DNA from: Verrucomicrobiota bacterium
Lineage (GTDB): Bacteria; Verrucomicrobiota; Verrucomicrobiia; Opitutales; Cerasicoccaceae
Length of the DNA: 64,000 nucleotides
Assembly: GCA_039818205.1 (NCBI GenBank)
Contig: JBCBUK010000013.1
Coordinates: 57,404-121,403, forward strand
Reading direction: 5' to 3'
Shown: positions 9,645 through 20,362 of the stretch, one piece after another
Layout of the letters: the number at the start of each line of letters is the position of its first letter
Position numbering within the stretch: position 1 is the stretch's first letter
Made by a program: the position numbers and the translations under genes
Notes under the pieces: model-generated
What the model saw: the letters and a program-made list of their open reading frames with translations, nothing else
Told to the model about the DNA's origin: nothing
Database searches by the model: none

Positions 9645-11384
9645 ATGTCCGAGATCGAAGAAAAGCCCTCCAATTTTATCCGTGATATCGTCGTTGCCGA
9701 CCTGGAATCTGGGAAGGTGGATGCCATCCAGACCCGTTTCCCACCGGAACCGAACGGATATCTCCACATCGGGCACAGCAAGAGCATCTGTTTGAATTTC
9801 GGGCTCGCCCGCGAGTTTGGCGGTCAGTGCAATCTACGCTTTGACGATACGAATCCGGAAAAGGAGGAAACTGAGTATGTCGATGCGATCAAAGCCGACA
9901 TCCTTTGGCTCGGATTTCAGTGGGATCGCGAGTGTTACGCCTCGGATTACTTTGAGCAGCTGTTTCAGTGGGCCGAGCAGCTGATTAACGAGGGCAAAGC
10001 CTACGTTTGCGATCTCACCGCGGAGCAAACCCGCGAATACCGTGGCAATTTGACCGAGCCTGGCAAACCGAGCCCGTTCCGCGATCGTTCGGTAGAAGAG
10101 AATCTCGACCTTTTTCGGCGCATGCGCGCGGGTGAAATTGAGGATGGAGCGAAGACGCTGCGTGCTAAGATTGATATGGCTAGCCCCAATCTGAATTTGC
10201 GCGACCCAGTACTCTACCGCATCAAACGCGCCCATCACCACCGGACCGGGGATGCCTGGCCCATCTATCCGAGCTACGACTTTACCCATGGGCAAAGTGA
10301 CTCGATCGAGCAGGTCACCCATTCGATTTGCACCCTGGAATTTGAAACCCACCGACCGCTCTATGATTGGTTCATCGAGCAACTCGGGATCTACCCGTCT
10401 CACCAATACGAATTTGCGCGCTTGAACCTGAATTACACGGTGATGAGCAAACGCAAGTTGATCCAGCTCGTACAGGATGACGCGGTGGAGGCTTGGGACG
10501 ACCCGCGTATGGCGACGATTTCCGGAGCCCGTCGTCGCGGAGTGCCGCCGCTGGCTTTCCGACGCTTGGCTGAGACGGTAGGAGTCACCAAATACAAATC
10601 CGTCACGGATATCGCTCTTTTCGACCATATCATCCGCGATGTTCTCAATCGCTGTTCGCTGCGGCGTATGGTTGTGCTCAAGCCGTTGAAGCTGACCCTC
10701 ACGAACTATCCGGCGGACAAGGTTGAGCACTTGGAGGCCACCAACAATCCTGAGGACGAGTCAGCGGGCAAGCGGAGCATTCCGTTTGGTCAGACGCTCT
10801 ACATCGATCGCGACGATTTCATGGAGGATGCTCCGAAAAAGTTTTTCCGATTGAAGCCTGGTGGTGAGGTTCGTCTGCGCAACGCCTACGTGATCAAGTG
10901 CGACGAGGTGATCAAGGACGAGGCGGGCAACATCCTTGAATTGAAGGGGACCGTTGATCACGACACGCTTGGAAAAAACCCGGAGGGCCGCAAGGTCAAG
11001 GGAGTCATTCACTGGGTCAGCGCTGAGCATGCCGTTGAGGCTGAAGTTCGCCTTTATGATCGACTGTTTTCCGTTGAGCGCCCAGATGGCGACAAGGAAC
11101 GGGATTTTCGCGAGTTTTTGAACCCGGAGTCGATGACGGTCGTGAATGCGTTTATCGAGCCCGAGCTCGCCGCTAATGCCGCAAAAATACTCGCTAAGAT
11201 CAATAATGGAGGGACCGTTCCGATCCAGGAAAATTCGGAGTTTCAAAGGCCACTCTATGCCAGTGATTTAAGGGTTCAGTTCGAGCGTGTTGGCTACTTC
11301 TGTCTTGATCAAAAATCGTCAAGCGAGCGCCTTGTTTTCAACCGCACAGTTCCCCTAAAAGATTCCTGGGCTAAAAAAGGTTGA
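9645..11384 (+). CDS. glnS: Glutaminyl-tRNA synthetase
   Basis: [42 protein letters not shown]. Confidence 0.97.
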   Translation: MSEIEEKPSNFIRDIVVADLESGKVDAIQTRFPPEPNGYLHIGHSKSICLNFGLAREFGGQCNLRFDDTNPEKEETEYVDAIKADILWLGFQWDRECYASDYFEQLFQWAEQLINEGKAYVCDLTAEQTREYRGNLTEPGKPSPFRDRSVEENLDLFRRMRAGEIEDGAKTLRAKIDMASPNLNLRDPVLYRIKRAHHHRTGDAWPIYPSYDFTHGQSDSIEQVTHSICTLEFETHRPLYDWFIEQLGIYPSHQYEFARLNLNYTVMSKRKLIQLVQDDAVEAWDDPRMATISGARRRGVPPLAFRRLAETVGVTKYKSVTDIALFDHIIRDVLNRCSLRRMVVLKPLKLTLTNYPADKVEHLEATNNPEDESAGKRSIPFGQTLYIDRDDFMEDAPKKFFRLKPGGEVRLRNAYVIKCDEVIKDEAGNILELKGTVDHDTLGKNPEGRKVKGVIHWVSAEHAVEAEVRLYDRLFSVERPDGDKERDFREFLNPESMTVVNAFIEPELAANAAKILAKINNGGTVPIQENSEFQRPLYASDLRVQFERVGYFCLDQKSSSERLVFNRTVPLKDSWAKKG

Positions 11385-11649
11385 TCCTGCCCTGGTGACT
11401 TGAGTCAACGCTTCCGTAAGGCCTTGATAGTCAAGGGATATTATAGGGCTAAAGGTCCCTGTAAAATTAAAGTAAAGTATCTAAGGTGGCCCTGTAAAAC
11501 TATGGGTTTTAACGCCGCTTTAACGCTGTATGTCATTGCCAAAAAACAGTGATTTCGGTAGGTCTAATATACTTTCATGTGGGGGCGAAATATCCCCATT
11601 TCCTACCCTACAGTTAGGTATCTGTAACTTACTGAATATCATAATCATA

Positions 11650-11862
11650 ATGATCACGCAGACCGAATCTACTCCTTCCGATGAAGCGTATGCTCGGGTT
11701 TATCCACGACGCCGGCATCGTTTTGCCAATTGCGTCAGTTCTGACGTGGATGATCAATCGGTCAAGTTGGTGTTCTCGGCTCCTTTAGAGCGATCTGAAG
11801 TGCGTCGGCGATTCGCTGGCATCTACGAACAAGCATACCGGATTGCGTACCGGGATGAGTAA
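11650..11862 (+). CDS. Small hypothetical protein (70 aa)
   Basis: ORF after an AT-rich promoter-like region and followed by a terminator; no family recognised. Confidence 0.5.
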   Translation: MITQTESTPSDEAYARVYPRRRHRFANCVSSDVDDQSVKLVFSAPLERSEVRRRFAGIYEQAYRIAYRDE

Positions 11863-11888
11863 TATCGATTGAATATTTATACCCTCAG

Positions 11889-11919
11889 AGACCCGGCCAC
11901 TTGCGCCGGGTCTTTTTTT
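11889..11919 (+). terminator. Rho-independent terminator
   Basis: agacccggc-cacttgc-gccgggtct followed by a T-run. Confidence 0.85.
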
Positions 11920-11966
11920 GCGTATGATTAATGCAAGGAAGTGAGATCCGTTAAGACTAATTACCC

Positions 11967-12548
11967 ATGAAACGAAATATCCGATTCGTTGTTCCTGTCC
12001 TCATCGTAGGATCATTAGCCATGTGGTCTTTGACGACCGCTGACACCGAGCAAAAGAAACCAACGAAACCAACCATGAGCGAAAGCACCAACACCCAATC
12101 CACGATTCCCAGTGACGCCGAATTGCGTGAGCGTCTGACGCCCCTGCAGTATGCCGTGGCCCGAGAGGATGGCACCGAGCCCGCGTTTCGCAACGAATAC
12201 TGGGACAACAAGGAACCCGGCATTTATGTCGACATCATCTCCGGTGAGCCATTGTTCGCCTCCCTCCACAAATACAAATCTGGCACGGGATGGCCGAGCT
12301 TTTACCAGCCCCTGAACAAAGAGGAGATCGTCACGCACGAGGACAACAAGTTGTGGATGACCCGCACCGAAGTTCGTTCCAAATCCGGCGATACCCACCT
12401 GGGCCACGTATTTCCGGATGGGCCGAAGCCAACCGGTTTGCGCTACTGCATCAATTCAGCCGCCCTGCGGTTCGTCCCCGTTGCCGACCTTGAGAAGGAA
12501 GGCTACGCCGAATACGCTAAGCTCTTCGAAGAAAAGAACGCGGAGTAG
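11967..12548 (+). CDS. msrB: Peptide-methionine (R)-S-oxide reductase, probably exported
   Basis: [41 protein letters not shown]; hydrophobic N-terminus. Confidence 0.95.
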   Translation: MKRNIRFVVPVLIVGSLAMWSLTTADTEQKKPTKPTMSESTNTQSTIPSDAELRERLTPLQYAVAREDGTEPAFRNEYWDNKEPGIYVDIISGEPLFASLHKYKSGTGWPSFYQPLNKEEIVTHEDNKLWMTRTEVRSKSGDTHLGHVFPDGPKPTGLRYCINSAALRFVPVADLEKEGYAEYAKLFEEKNAE

Positions 12549-12681
12549 GCTAGCGCCAATTACTCTTGAATTTGCGCACCCTCGTTGTCGATGGCTTCCA
12601 GGGTGTTTTCATGGGCGAAAGTGTCTCATTCCGCCAAAGTGGTCGCGAGTAACACTAAGGCGAGCGGATGGAATCGCATCA

Positions 12682-13407
12682 TCATTGGCTACCGACAAAC
12701 TGGCCGTCCTTCATGCGAAGGCACGTGTCAGTCTGTTGGGCGAGTTCGGGGTTGTGAGTGACCATCAGGATCGCTTGTCCCGTCTCCTTGCTGAGGCGCT
12801 GCAACAGGTCGAAAATCATGTTGGAGTTCTCGGTGTCCAAGTTACCAGTCGGTTCGTCCGCGAGGAGTAGGGCGGGGTCATTTGCCAATGAGCGGGCAAT
12901 CGCAACGCGCTGTTGTTCACCGCCAGACAGGTGCGTGGCCAAGCGATCGACCTTCTTGCTGAGCCCAACGAGACCCAGGAGGTATTCGGCGCGTTCGCGC
13001 ATCTCCTCTGGGCTGCGGACTGCCAGTTTCCGCATGGGTAACATGACATTCTCCGCTGCGCTAAACTCGGGTAGTAAAAAGTGAAACTGGAACACGAAGC
13101 CGATGTGTTTGCTGCGCGCCGCCGTGCGTTCTGGGTCTGAGGCGTCGGACATCAACTCGCCGCGAATCCAGATCTTGCCCTTGTCCTGGCGGTCCAGGAG
13201 ACCAAGCAGATAGAGCATGGTGCTTTTGCCGCAACCGGAAGGACCAGCCACGGAATAAGTCATCGCTGGCATGAGTTCGAGGTTGATGCCCCGCAATACG
13301 TGCACCCGGCCTTCGTCCTCGCCTAAGAATCGGTGCAGGTCCTCCCCGCGGAGAACGGGTTCCCCGGAAGCAATGAGATCCGGCTGACTGTTGGCTTCAT
13401 CGGTCAT
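12682..13407 (-). CDS. ABC transporter ATP-binding protein (LolD/MacB-type)
   Basis: GPSGCGKST, LSGGEQQRVAIAR, LLADEPTGNLD, VTHN. Confidence 0.9.
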   Translation of the reverse strand: MTDEANSQPDLIASGEPVLRGEDLHRFLGEDEGRVHVLRGINLELMPAMTYSVAGPSGCGKSTMLYLLGLLDRQDKGKIWIRGELMSDASDPERTAARSKHIGFVFQFHFLLPEFSAAENVMLPMRKLAVRSPEEMRERAEYLLGLVGLSKKVDRLATHLSGGEQQRVAIARSLANDPALLLADEPTGNLDTENSNMIFDLLQRLSKETGQAILMVTHNPELAQQTDTCLRMKDGQFVGSQ

Positions 13408-13409
13408 GG

Positions 13410-14660
13410 TTAGATCGAGGTGCCTCGGATGATCGTTCCGGGTTCCAGTTTAGCGGCTCGACGCGCTGGAATGTAGCTTGCGATCATCACCGTAATCCCG
13501 GCAACGATTCCTGCCCAGATATAGTGGTTGAAGTCCCAGTTCACGATGAAGGAGTCCGCGGTGAAGATACCGCGAATTTTAATCGGAAGTTTGGAGATGG
13601 CGAAGGTGACAAAGGCTCCGAAAGTCCAGCCGCACACGGTGCCCGCAATCAGGACCAGAAAGCCCTGCCAGAGGAAGATGCGTGAGATGTCTTGCCGCGA
13701 GTAGCCGATGGACCGCAGAATCGCGATTTCCCGCGTTTTCTCCATCACGAGCATGGCGAGGGTATTAAACATCCCTAGACCTGAAATTAGAATGATCGTC
13801 GAAACCGTGATGGCCGATGAAATTCGCAAAACGGAAAAGACCTGTAGCCAGGACCGCTCCCGTTCCTGCCAAGCGACGACGTTGTGGTTGAGTGCGTCCT
13901 CCAGGCGTTCAGCGAGTACGGTGGCGTTCCCCACGTCGCGCACGCCGATTTGGAAGATTGCTTCACCAAATGGCTTCTTAAAGAGCGCACGAGCCTCGCC
14001 AATGTGCATGAAGACGCGGGATTTATCGATTTGGGTGATGCCAGTCTCGAAAATACCGACCACTTTGTAGCGCCGGGTGTCGCCAGCGTATTCGAAAATC
14101 AGATAGTCGCCAATTTGCGTCTGCAGTCGTTCGGCCAGACCGTTGGCCAGAAGAATGGCACTTGGATTGAAACGGAAATCATCCAGGTTACCCCACTTCA
14201 ACTGCGACTCGATATCGGTCACCTCCATGTGGTCGCTGATGCGGATGCCCAGTACCTTGGCGAGCTCCTCGCTAAACGAACTGAGGACTCGCGCATCTCC
14301 TTGGAGCACCTCGGAAACCGCGGTGACTTCACTGAAATCTTCCACGGCGACTCTCAGCTTATTCGGGTATTCAATGCCGGGGATGTATTTGCGGCTGGCT
14401 TCGGTGCGAACGTAAAAATTGGCGTCGCCTTCATCGCCTGCGCCCTTGAGCGCGATACCTGGCAATTGAAAGCGGTCCTCAATGCGAATCGGGCTGTCGG
14501 CGCCGATAATGGTATCGATGTAGAATTTCTCGAAACCGCTCGTCTGCGCCTGCGTCACGATGAAGAAACCGACACCAAAAACGATACCCGCGAGGCTCAT
14601 TATCATTGAGCGCTTGCGTGAAACGATGAATCGAAAGGCAATGGCGAAATTTGGACTCAC
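13410..14660 (-). CDS. ABC transporter permease (LolC/E, FtsX/MacB family)
   Basis: N-terminal TM, periplasmic domain, EKTREIAILRSIG and SYIPARRAAKLEP C-terminus. Confidence 0.9.
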   Translation of the reverse strand: MSPNFAIAFRFIVSRKRSMIMSLAGIVFGVGFFIVTQAQTSGFEKFYIDTIIGADSPIRIEDRFQLPGIALKGAGDEGDANFYVRTEASRKYIPGIEYPNKLRVAVEDFSEVTAVSEVLQGDARVLSSFSEELAKVLGIRISDHMEVTDIESQLKWGNLDDFRFNPSAILLANGLAERLQTQIGDYLIFEYAGDTRRYKVVGIFETGITQIDKSRVFMHIGEARALFKKPFGEAIFQIGVRDVGNATVLAERLEDALNHNVVAWQERERSWLQVFSVLRISSAITVSTIILISGLGMFNTLAMLVMEKTREIAILRSIGYSRQDISRIFLWQGFLVLIAGTVCGWTFGAFVTFAISKLPIKIRGIFTADSFIVNWDFNHYIWAGIVAGITVMIASYIPARRAAKLEPGTIIRGTSI

Positions 14661-14678
14661 AGGGAAAGGTGATCGGGG

Positions 14679-15812
14679 CTATCTGAGCATCTCAGATTGG
14701 TTCTCGAGGATGTTTACTTTGTCGCCATTGCGGATCTGTCGTGGGTCTTCCACAACGACGGATTCACCTTCCTTCAGACCGCCAGTAATTTCGGCCTGTA
14801 GGAGCCCAACAAAGCCCGTCTCCACCTGTCGTTCTTCGGCCACACCATCGACGACCACGTAAACAATGTTTCCGAGCAAGCCGCGGCGGGGAATGATCAA
14901 GGTGTCATCTCGACTTGCTTTGGTCACGGAGGATTCACCGGTCATACCGTCGACCAAGTCGCCCTCCTCGGCGTTCTCCAGCTCCACGAAGATATCCCGG
15001 CGCTTGGTCTCGGCGTTCGAGGTTGGGAGCAGCTGAGTTACTTGTCCGGTAAATAATTTTGCGCCGTAGCCAAGCAGCTTCAGCGAAACGGGTTGTCCAG
15101 GGCGGATGCCCGGGAAGTCTTCTTCACTAATGCTGATACGCACGAGCTTTTGGTTGCTCAATATGCGGCCCAAGGTTGTGGGCTCCTCGACGTAGTCACC
15201 GGGAAATACCTGGGCATCGATCAGCAGGCCATCGATCGGCGAACGAATCTCCATGTCGCGGCGGCGTTCTTCCAGCTGACTGATCTCTTGCTTTAAGGTC
15301 TTTTCGGCGGCCTCCCAGTCAATGTATTGCTGGCGGACCTGGCGTTCCAGCTTGGTCACGTTCCGCTTCAGCTTGATGAGTTCAGACTTCGGGAATTGGT
15401 CGATCTCGGCTAAGGCCGAGCTTTCCTCGAGCTCCTGTTTGGAGTTGTCCAGATCGGGTTCCAGTGGCGAACCGTTTTTGATCCGTTCGCGAACTGTTTC
15501 GAGTTCCAGCTTTTTATTCTCGATTTCGAAGTCTAGGTCGCGGGTATCCTGCTTGAAGATTACCTGACCTTCGCGAACGCGCACGCCGCCCAATTGTGGG
15601 TCATAGACTGAATCGATAATCAATCCGGGTTCGCGATTTTTAAGGTCGATGTCCAATGCGGCCTCTACGCTCACGTTACCCGATACCGCGTCCAACGCCG
15701 TTCCGCGATCGACGTCCATCACCCGAACGTCTGTGGTCGCATTATACATCGGAATGGTCACCGCGGCGGCGATCACCAGGATCACCAATAAAATTTTCCA
15801 CCAATTTTTCAC
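14679..15812 (-). CDS. Efflux membrane-fusion (periplasmic adaptor) protein
   Basis: Membrane anchor, coiled coil, IRSPIDG, V.TG......EITGGLKEGESVV. Confidence 0.85.
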   Translation of the reverse strand: MKNWWKILLVILVIAAAVTIPMYNATTDVRVMDVDRGTALDAVSGNVSVEAALDIDLKNREPGLIIDSVYDPQLGGVRVREGQVIFKQDTRDLDFEIENKKLELETVRERIKNGSPLEPDLDNSKQELEESSALAEIDQFPKSELIKLKRNVTKLERQVRQQYIDWEAAEKTLKQEISQLEERRRDMEIRSPIDGLLIDAQVFPGDYVEEPTTLGRILSNQKLVRISISEEDFPGIRPGQPVSLKLLGYGAKLFTGQVTQLLPTSNAETKRRDIFVELENAEEGDLVDGMTGESSVTKASRDDTLIIPRRGLLGNIVYVVVDGVAEERQVETGFVGLLQAEITGGLKEGESVVVEDPRQIRNGDKVNILENQSEMLR

Positions 15813-16318
15813 GATTTTAGTCTAGTGCTCTGGGTCGGTTGGGAATTGCTGAATCTAGGGTGTTCACAAAGTTCGAAAATAGGATCTATTGCGGCCCGAA
15901 GCTCATCGATCAGTTCAGGATTCATGAACTCGTAGTTATCTTCAATATCCAAAACGTGTACCTCGCGATGCCTCATTGCCTCCGGGAAATCTGCGACAAG
16001 TCGTTGCCTGTGCTTAGATTCCATTGCGATGACCAGATCGGCCCAGCGAATATCGTCGAGCGAAACTTGGTGCTTTGCTTTAGAGCTGGTGCCGCCCGAT
16101 CGGGTATTCACCAAAGGCATCGTCTTGTAGATCTTCTCCGCGGTTGGGCTCCTCCACTTATTCATGGAGCATACGAACAATACGTTGATGCTTTCTTCAG
16201 CCAATTTCTGCCTTTGATTTTTGATCGGATAATCAATGCCCAACTGTTTGGCGCGGTGGACCTTCTCAGACCTGAGATAGAGGTCCTTCCATCGCTTTTC
16301 CTTAGGCCAATCTTCCAT
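15809..16318 (-). CDS. Low-molecular-weight protein-tyrosine-phosphatase-like protein
   Basis: NVLFVCSMNKWRSPTAE (CX5R P-loop), WADLVIAME, LDIEDNY. Confidence 0.8.
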   Translation of the reverse strand: MEDWPKEKRWKDLYLRSEKVHRAKQLGIDYPIKNQRQKLAEESINVLFVCSMNKWRSPTAEKIYKTMPLVNTRSGGTSSKAKHQVSLDDIRWADLVIAMESKHRQRLVADFPEAMRHREVHVLDIEDNYEFMNPELIDELRAAIDPIFELCEHPRFSNSQPTQSTRLKS

Positions 16319-16353
16319 GTAACTTGATTCGCGGGAGAGACAAAAGTCTCAGC

Positions 16354-17757
16354 TTACCAGTAGAAGTTCTCTGGGTAGACTTCATTGACCGGTTTTTCCA
16401 GCGGATGTTTCGGAGTGGCGAAAGGATCGCGGCCATAAATTGATAGGAGTTCGCTGGAATTGCCCAATAGGTCGAGACGGTAGCTGGCGAGGGTCAGGCT
16501 ATCCGCGAGTAGTTCGTTGCGGGCGGTCAAGAGTTCGGCTTCGGTCGCGGTATCCTTTTCCACCTCGGTTTCAATTCGCTCCATGGTGTTCTCGCTGATG
16601 GCAACGCGGCGTTCCCAGAGGCGGATGTCGCGTTGGAGCATCTTGCGGTTCCGCTGCAAGCGTTCAACCTCCAGTCTGTCCTTGGCTGCAATGTGTTCCG
16701 CTTCGTCCTGGAGGGCGCGCTGTTTGGCTTTCGATTGAATTTTCTGCCACTGGGTTTCGAAACCATCAAAGATGTGCCAGTTGACGCGCAGATAGACGGT
16801 GAATACTGTCCGGTCCACGTTGTCCAACCCTTGGGTCGCAATTTGGTCCTGGTAGGCTTCAGCGACGAGATCGAAAAGTGGCAAATTCTTCGCGCGGATG
16901 CGGACGAAATCCGCCTCTTCGATGTTCAGTTCTTCCTGTTTGTTCAGATACTCGGCAGAGGGTGGCGCGGCGGCCGTTGCAATAATTTCTGATGAGCTCT
17001 GTTCAGCCCGCTCCATTTGGTTCAAGCGGAGCAGAAGGTCTTGGTCGATTCCGAGGATGGGCGCTTGCCAGCCACTAGCCAGGCGCAAGTCTTCCTCGAG
17101 CATATCAGATTCGTCTTGTGCGCGTTCGAGGGCAATCTGGGCTTCTTCAACCGCGAGACGCTCTAGTTCGAGGTCGTCCGAGGTGATTCGACCAGCGTCG
17201 GCCTGCTGCATGCTGCTACTCAGGTTTTGCTGCAAACGGGAGACTTCGGCCTGGTAATAGCCGATCTGTTCGCGGGCGAATAGCAGGCGCAAATAAAGGG
17301 TCCGTACCCGGAGAACCAACAGTCGATAGGTTTCGTTGTAGTTATTCTCCTCAATCGATTTCCGAAACTTACCAATGTCACGCCAAGCATCGAGCGAACC
17401 CCAGTGATAAAGCTCTTGTTCGAGGCGGGCGATACCGAATGGCTGCGTGGTATTCTGAAACTCAGGATCGCCATCACGAAATTCACTGCGGTTGGCCAGC
17501 TGAAGATTCATCCGCAATTGGGGCCATTTTTGGGCGAGCCGGGCGTGCTCGTCGGCCTCGGCTGCTTGGACCCTGGCTCGCTGAATCAACATCTCAGGCG
17601 ATTCCTCCTCCATGCGCTGGAGAATATCGGTCAACTCAGGGAAGGCGGTCTCTGGAAGGTGGAGGGAAGTCTCACCGTTTAGCGAGGATGCTGAGAATAA
17701 TGCGAGCAGCAATATCAGCACCGAACTATATGTTGATCTTCTGAAACTATCGGACAT
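16354..17757 (-). CDS. TolC-family outer membrane efflux protein
   Basis: Signal peptide, two helical repeats with P..L and W.IFDGF motifs; heads the MFP/ABC operon. Confidence 0.8.
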   Translation of the reverse strand: MSDSFRRSTYSSVLILLLALFSASSLNGETSLHLPETAFPELTDILQRMEEESPEMLIQRARVQAAEADEHARLAQKWPQLRMNLQLANRSEFRDGDPEFQNTTQPFGIARLEQELYHWGSLDAWRDIGKFRKSIEENNYNETYRLLVLRVRTLYLRLLFAREQIGYYQAEVSRLQQNLSSSMQQADAGRITSDDLELERLAVEEAQIALERAQDESDMLEEDLRLASGWQAPILGIDQDLLLRLNQMERAEQSSSEIIATAAAPPSAEYLNKQEELNIEEADFVRIRAKNLPLFDLVAEAYQDQIATQGLDNVDRTVFTVYLRVNWHIFDGFETQWQKIQSKAKQRALQDEAEHIAAKDRLEVERLQRNRKMLQRDIRLWERRVAISENTMERIETEVEKDTATEAELLTARNELLADSLTLASYRLDLLGNSSELLSIYGRDPFATPKHPLEKPVNEVYPENFYW

Positions 17758-17918
17758 GCAAAAATCGAGTAAGAATCTGCATGCAGGGGGCAATGGCAAC
17801 CCTTTTCCGGAGGTGATAGAAGGTGAACGGCTGGTTCGTTTCTAGTGTATGCTTGACCAAAATTGATGGAATTATTGCACTGAAACGCGAGTCACCGACA
17901 AACTGTCTCTATTGTGGT

Positions 17919-18650
17919 ATGACTGAACGGCAATTACGTAAGTGGATGCTTCGGGATCGAATGAACGATGCCTGGTTTGTTTCCAAAGGCGGGGAATCGC
18001 TTGATGGCCCTCACTCCTTGTCCTCCATTTTTCGCCGAACGAATAAGGCGAAGAAGAAGGTGGCGATCATGCACGCTTCCCAGAAGAATAAGAAAGAACC
18101 GGCCTGGGTTTATCTCGACCTGAAATCCCACATGCGGGATGGCGAGCGGCATCATCTTGAAAGGAAATTCAAGCGTCGGCGTCAGCATGTGATGGTCAAA
18201 GTAGGCGCCGTGGTTGCCGTAGCCGCGATCATTGCACTGCTCACGGTTGATTTTAGTGGGGCCCCTGGGCCCGCAGACGCACCAAGTAGTGCGCAGGCGT
18301 ACATGACGCCACAGGAGCGCGTTCTTGACCGCCTGGCAAAAAATGAATCGTCCGGTGAACCGGCGTCCGAGTGGAAGCCAGTGATCAAGATGGCTTTAGC
18401 TGAAACCGAGAAATTCTTCTACATCAAGAACTACAACGAAGATCCATGGCCGTCGGTGGAAATCGTCTTGAATGGCCGCTTTTACCTGGAGATGGAAGAT
18501 ACGCGGGTTGAGCCGAACGGTGATTTGGCGGTTCCCAAACGCCAGCTTATTGATCCAGATTCGCGGGATCGGTTCGTCGATCTGAATGAAGGTCTCCGGC
18601 ACATCAAGATGGTGGTTCCTGGCTTCAAAGAACTTTCGCATCGGCAGTGA
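17919..18650 (+). CDS. Hypothetical single-pass membrane protein
   Basis: Basic N-terminus, one TM segment (VGAVVAVAAIIALLTV), stop overlaps rsmE start. Confidence 0.6.
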   Translation: MTERQLRKWMLRDRMNDAWFVSKGGESLDGPHSLSSIFRRTNKAKKKVAIMHASQKNKKEPAWVYLDLKSHMRDGERHHLERKFKRRRQHVMVKVGAVVAVAAIIALLTVDFSGAPGPADAPSSAQAYMTPQERVLDRLAKNESSGEPASEWKPVIKMALAETEKFFYIKNYNEDPWPSVEIVLNGRFYLEMEDTRVEPNGDLAVPKRQLIDPDSRDRFVDLNEGLRHIKMVVPGFKELSHRQ

Positions 18651-19360
18651 ATATCATCCTCTTCGATTCCGAGGCTGAAGCAGAGTTCATCCCCGCAGCT
18701 GATCATCGGGCCAAGCACGTCCGAAAGGTCCTTGGCCTCGGTGTTGGGGATTCGCTTTTTGTTGGCGTGGTCAATGGCCATCGGGGTAAGGCGACCATCG
18801 TGAGCGACGGTGAGCCAGGGATCACCCTTTTGGTCGATTGGGAGCCGCGACCTCCAATTACCTATCCAATTCGGCTGCTCATTGGCCTGCCTCGACCCCA
18901 CACGGCGCGCAAAATCCTCTTCGATGCCGCCTGCCTCGGCGTTGAACGCCTGGACTTCTTTGAGTCGCAGAAGGGTGAGCCCTCCTACCGCAAGAGTAAA
19001 CTATGGGCGTCAGACGAGTGGCGGGAGCGGCTCCGATTGGGGGCGGAACAGGCATTTGCGACTCAGTTGCCCCAGGTCGAGCATTTTGGGACCCTGCAGG
19101 CCGCGCTTGAGGCAGATCCCTTGCCCGGACTGGCGCTCGATGTCTATGAAGGCGAGGGGCCACTGTCGCGGTTCTGCCCCAAACGGTTGGAACCGACCCA
19201 ACTGGCAATTGGATCAGAGCGCGGGTGGTCCGCCGATGAGCGAAACGTTTTGCGTGGGCATGGCTTCAGGCTAGTCGGTCTGGGGGAGCGGGTTCTGCGC
19301 ACAGAAACTGCTTGTGTAACAGCTGTTTCGGTGGTTCTCGCCGCAGCAAACTGCCTTTAA
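18647..19360 (+). CDS. rsmE: 16S rRNA m3U1498 methyltransferase
   Basis: H..KVL, AEQA, IGSERGWS, LGERVLRTETA SPOUT motifs. Confidence 0.9.
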   Translation: MNIILFDSEAEAEFIPAADHRAKHVRKVLGLGVGDSLFVGVVNGHRGKATIVSDGEPGITLLVDWEPRPPITYPIRLLIGLPRPHTARKILFDAACLGVERLDFFESQKGEPSYRKSKLWASDEWRERLRLGAEQAFATQLPQVEHFGTLQAALEADPLPGLALDVYEGEGPLSRFCPKRLEPTQLAIGSERGWSADERNVLRGHGFRLVGLGERVLRTETACVTAVSVVLAAANCL

Positions 19361-19405
19361 ATTGGCTCGCCCCGTAGGCAAAATTACGCTTTACCTACAG
19401 CTCCA

Positions 19406-20095
19406 ATGAACGTTTCTGTTGTTATTCCCTGCTACAACGAATTGGCGACCATTGAATCGGTCGTCGATACCGTAAAAGCCTCAGCGGTCGGTGACCTGGA
19501 AATTGTGGTGGTCGACGATTTTTCAACCGATGGCACGCGTGATCTGTTAAAGGAGAAAATTGCTCCAAAGGTCAGCCAGGTTGTCTATCACGACGTCAAT
19601 ATGGGGAAAGGAGCCGCCTTGCGCACGGGAATCAAGTCGGTTACTGGCGATATCGTCATTATTCAAGATGCCGACTTAGAATACGACCCCGCCGAGTATC
19701 CTAAGTTGCTCAAGCCAATATTGGACAACAAGGCCGATGTTGTCTACGGCTCTCGGTTTGCCGGGGGTGAGTCCCACCGTGTCGTCTATTTCTGGCACAT
19801 GATGGGCAATGAATTCCTCACGTTCTTGTCGAACATGTTCACCAATCTCAACCTCACGGACATGGAGACCTGCTACAAGGTCTTCCGAAAGGAGATACTG
19901 GACAAAATCGAGATCGAAGAGAATCGATTTGGTTTCGAGCCTGAGATCACCGCAAAGGTCGCAAAACAGCGTTGTCGCATCTTTGAGGTGGGCATCTCCT
20001 ACTACGGCCGGACCTATGAGGAGGGGAAGAAAATTGGGTGGAAAGACGGTGTTCGGGCCATCTACGCGATCCTCAAATACAACCTTTTCCGTTGA
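19406..20095 (+). CDS. Glycosyltransferase family 2 (DPM-synthase-like)
   Basis: [47 protein letters not shown]. Confidence 0.92.
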   Translation: MNVSVVIPCYNELATIESVVDTVKASAVGDLEIVVVDDFSTDGTRDLLKEKIAPKVSQVVYHDVNMGKGAALRTGIKSVTGDIVIIQDADLEYDPAEYPKLLKPILDNKADVVYGSRFAGGESHRVVYFWHMMGNEFLTFLSNMFTNLNLTDMETCYKVFRKEILDKIEIEENRFGFEPEITAKVAKQRCRIFEVGISYYGRTYEEGKKIGWKDGVRAIYAILKYNLFR

Positions 20096-20362
20096 TATTC
20101 AGGGATATCGACCTAGGGGATTCTTTTTGCGATTACAGAATCATAAAACTCCGAATGGGGTGTTTTCTTTATTGTAAAAAAACTGTTTAGGGCTTAAGAT
20201 AATTAACGAAAATCTCGATAACTACCCTATACACAATCTCGTCCCGCAAATAGTTCCTCAAATAAGCGCCTAACTTTTCCACTGATTGGAAATACAAAGG
20301 GCACTACACTCAGTAAACTATTCTACGGTTGAGTCTTTAAATAAAGAACACTTACCGAAGCA

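Noticed and set aside
9834..10730. 298-aa minus-strand ORF
   Set aside because: Antisense shadow of glnS
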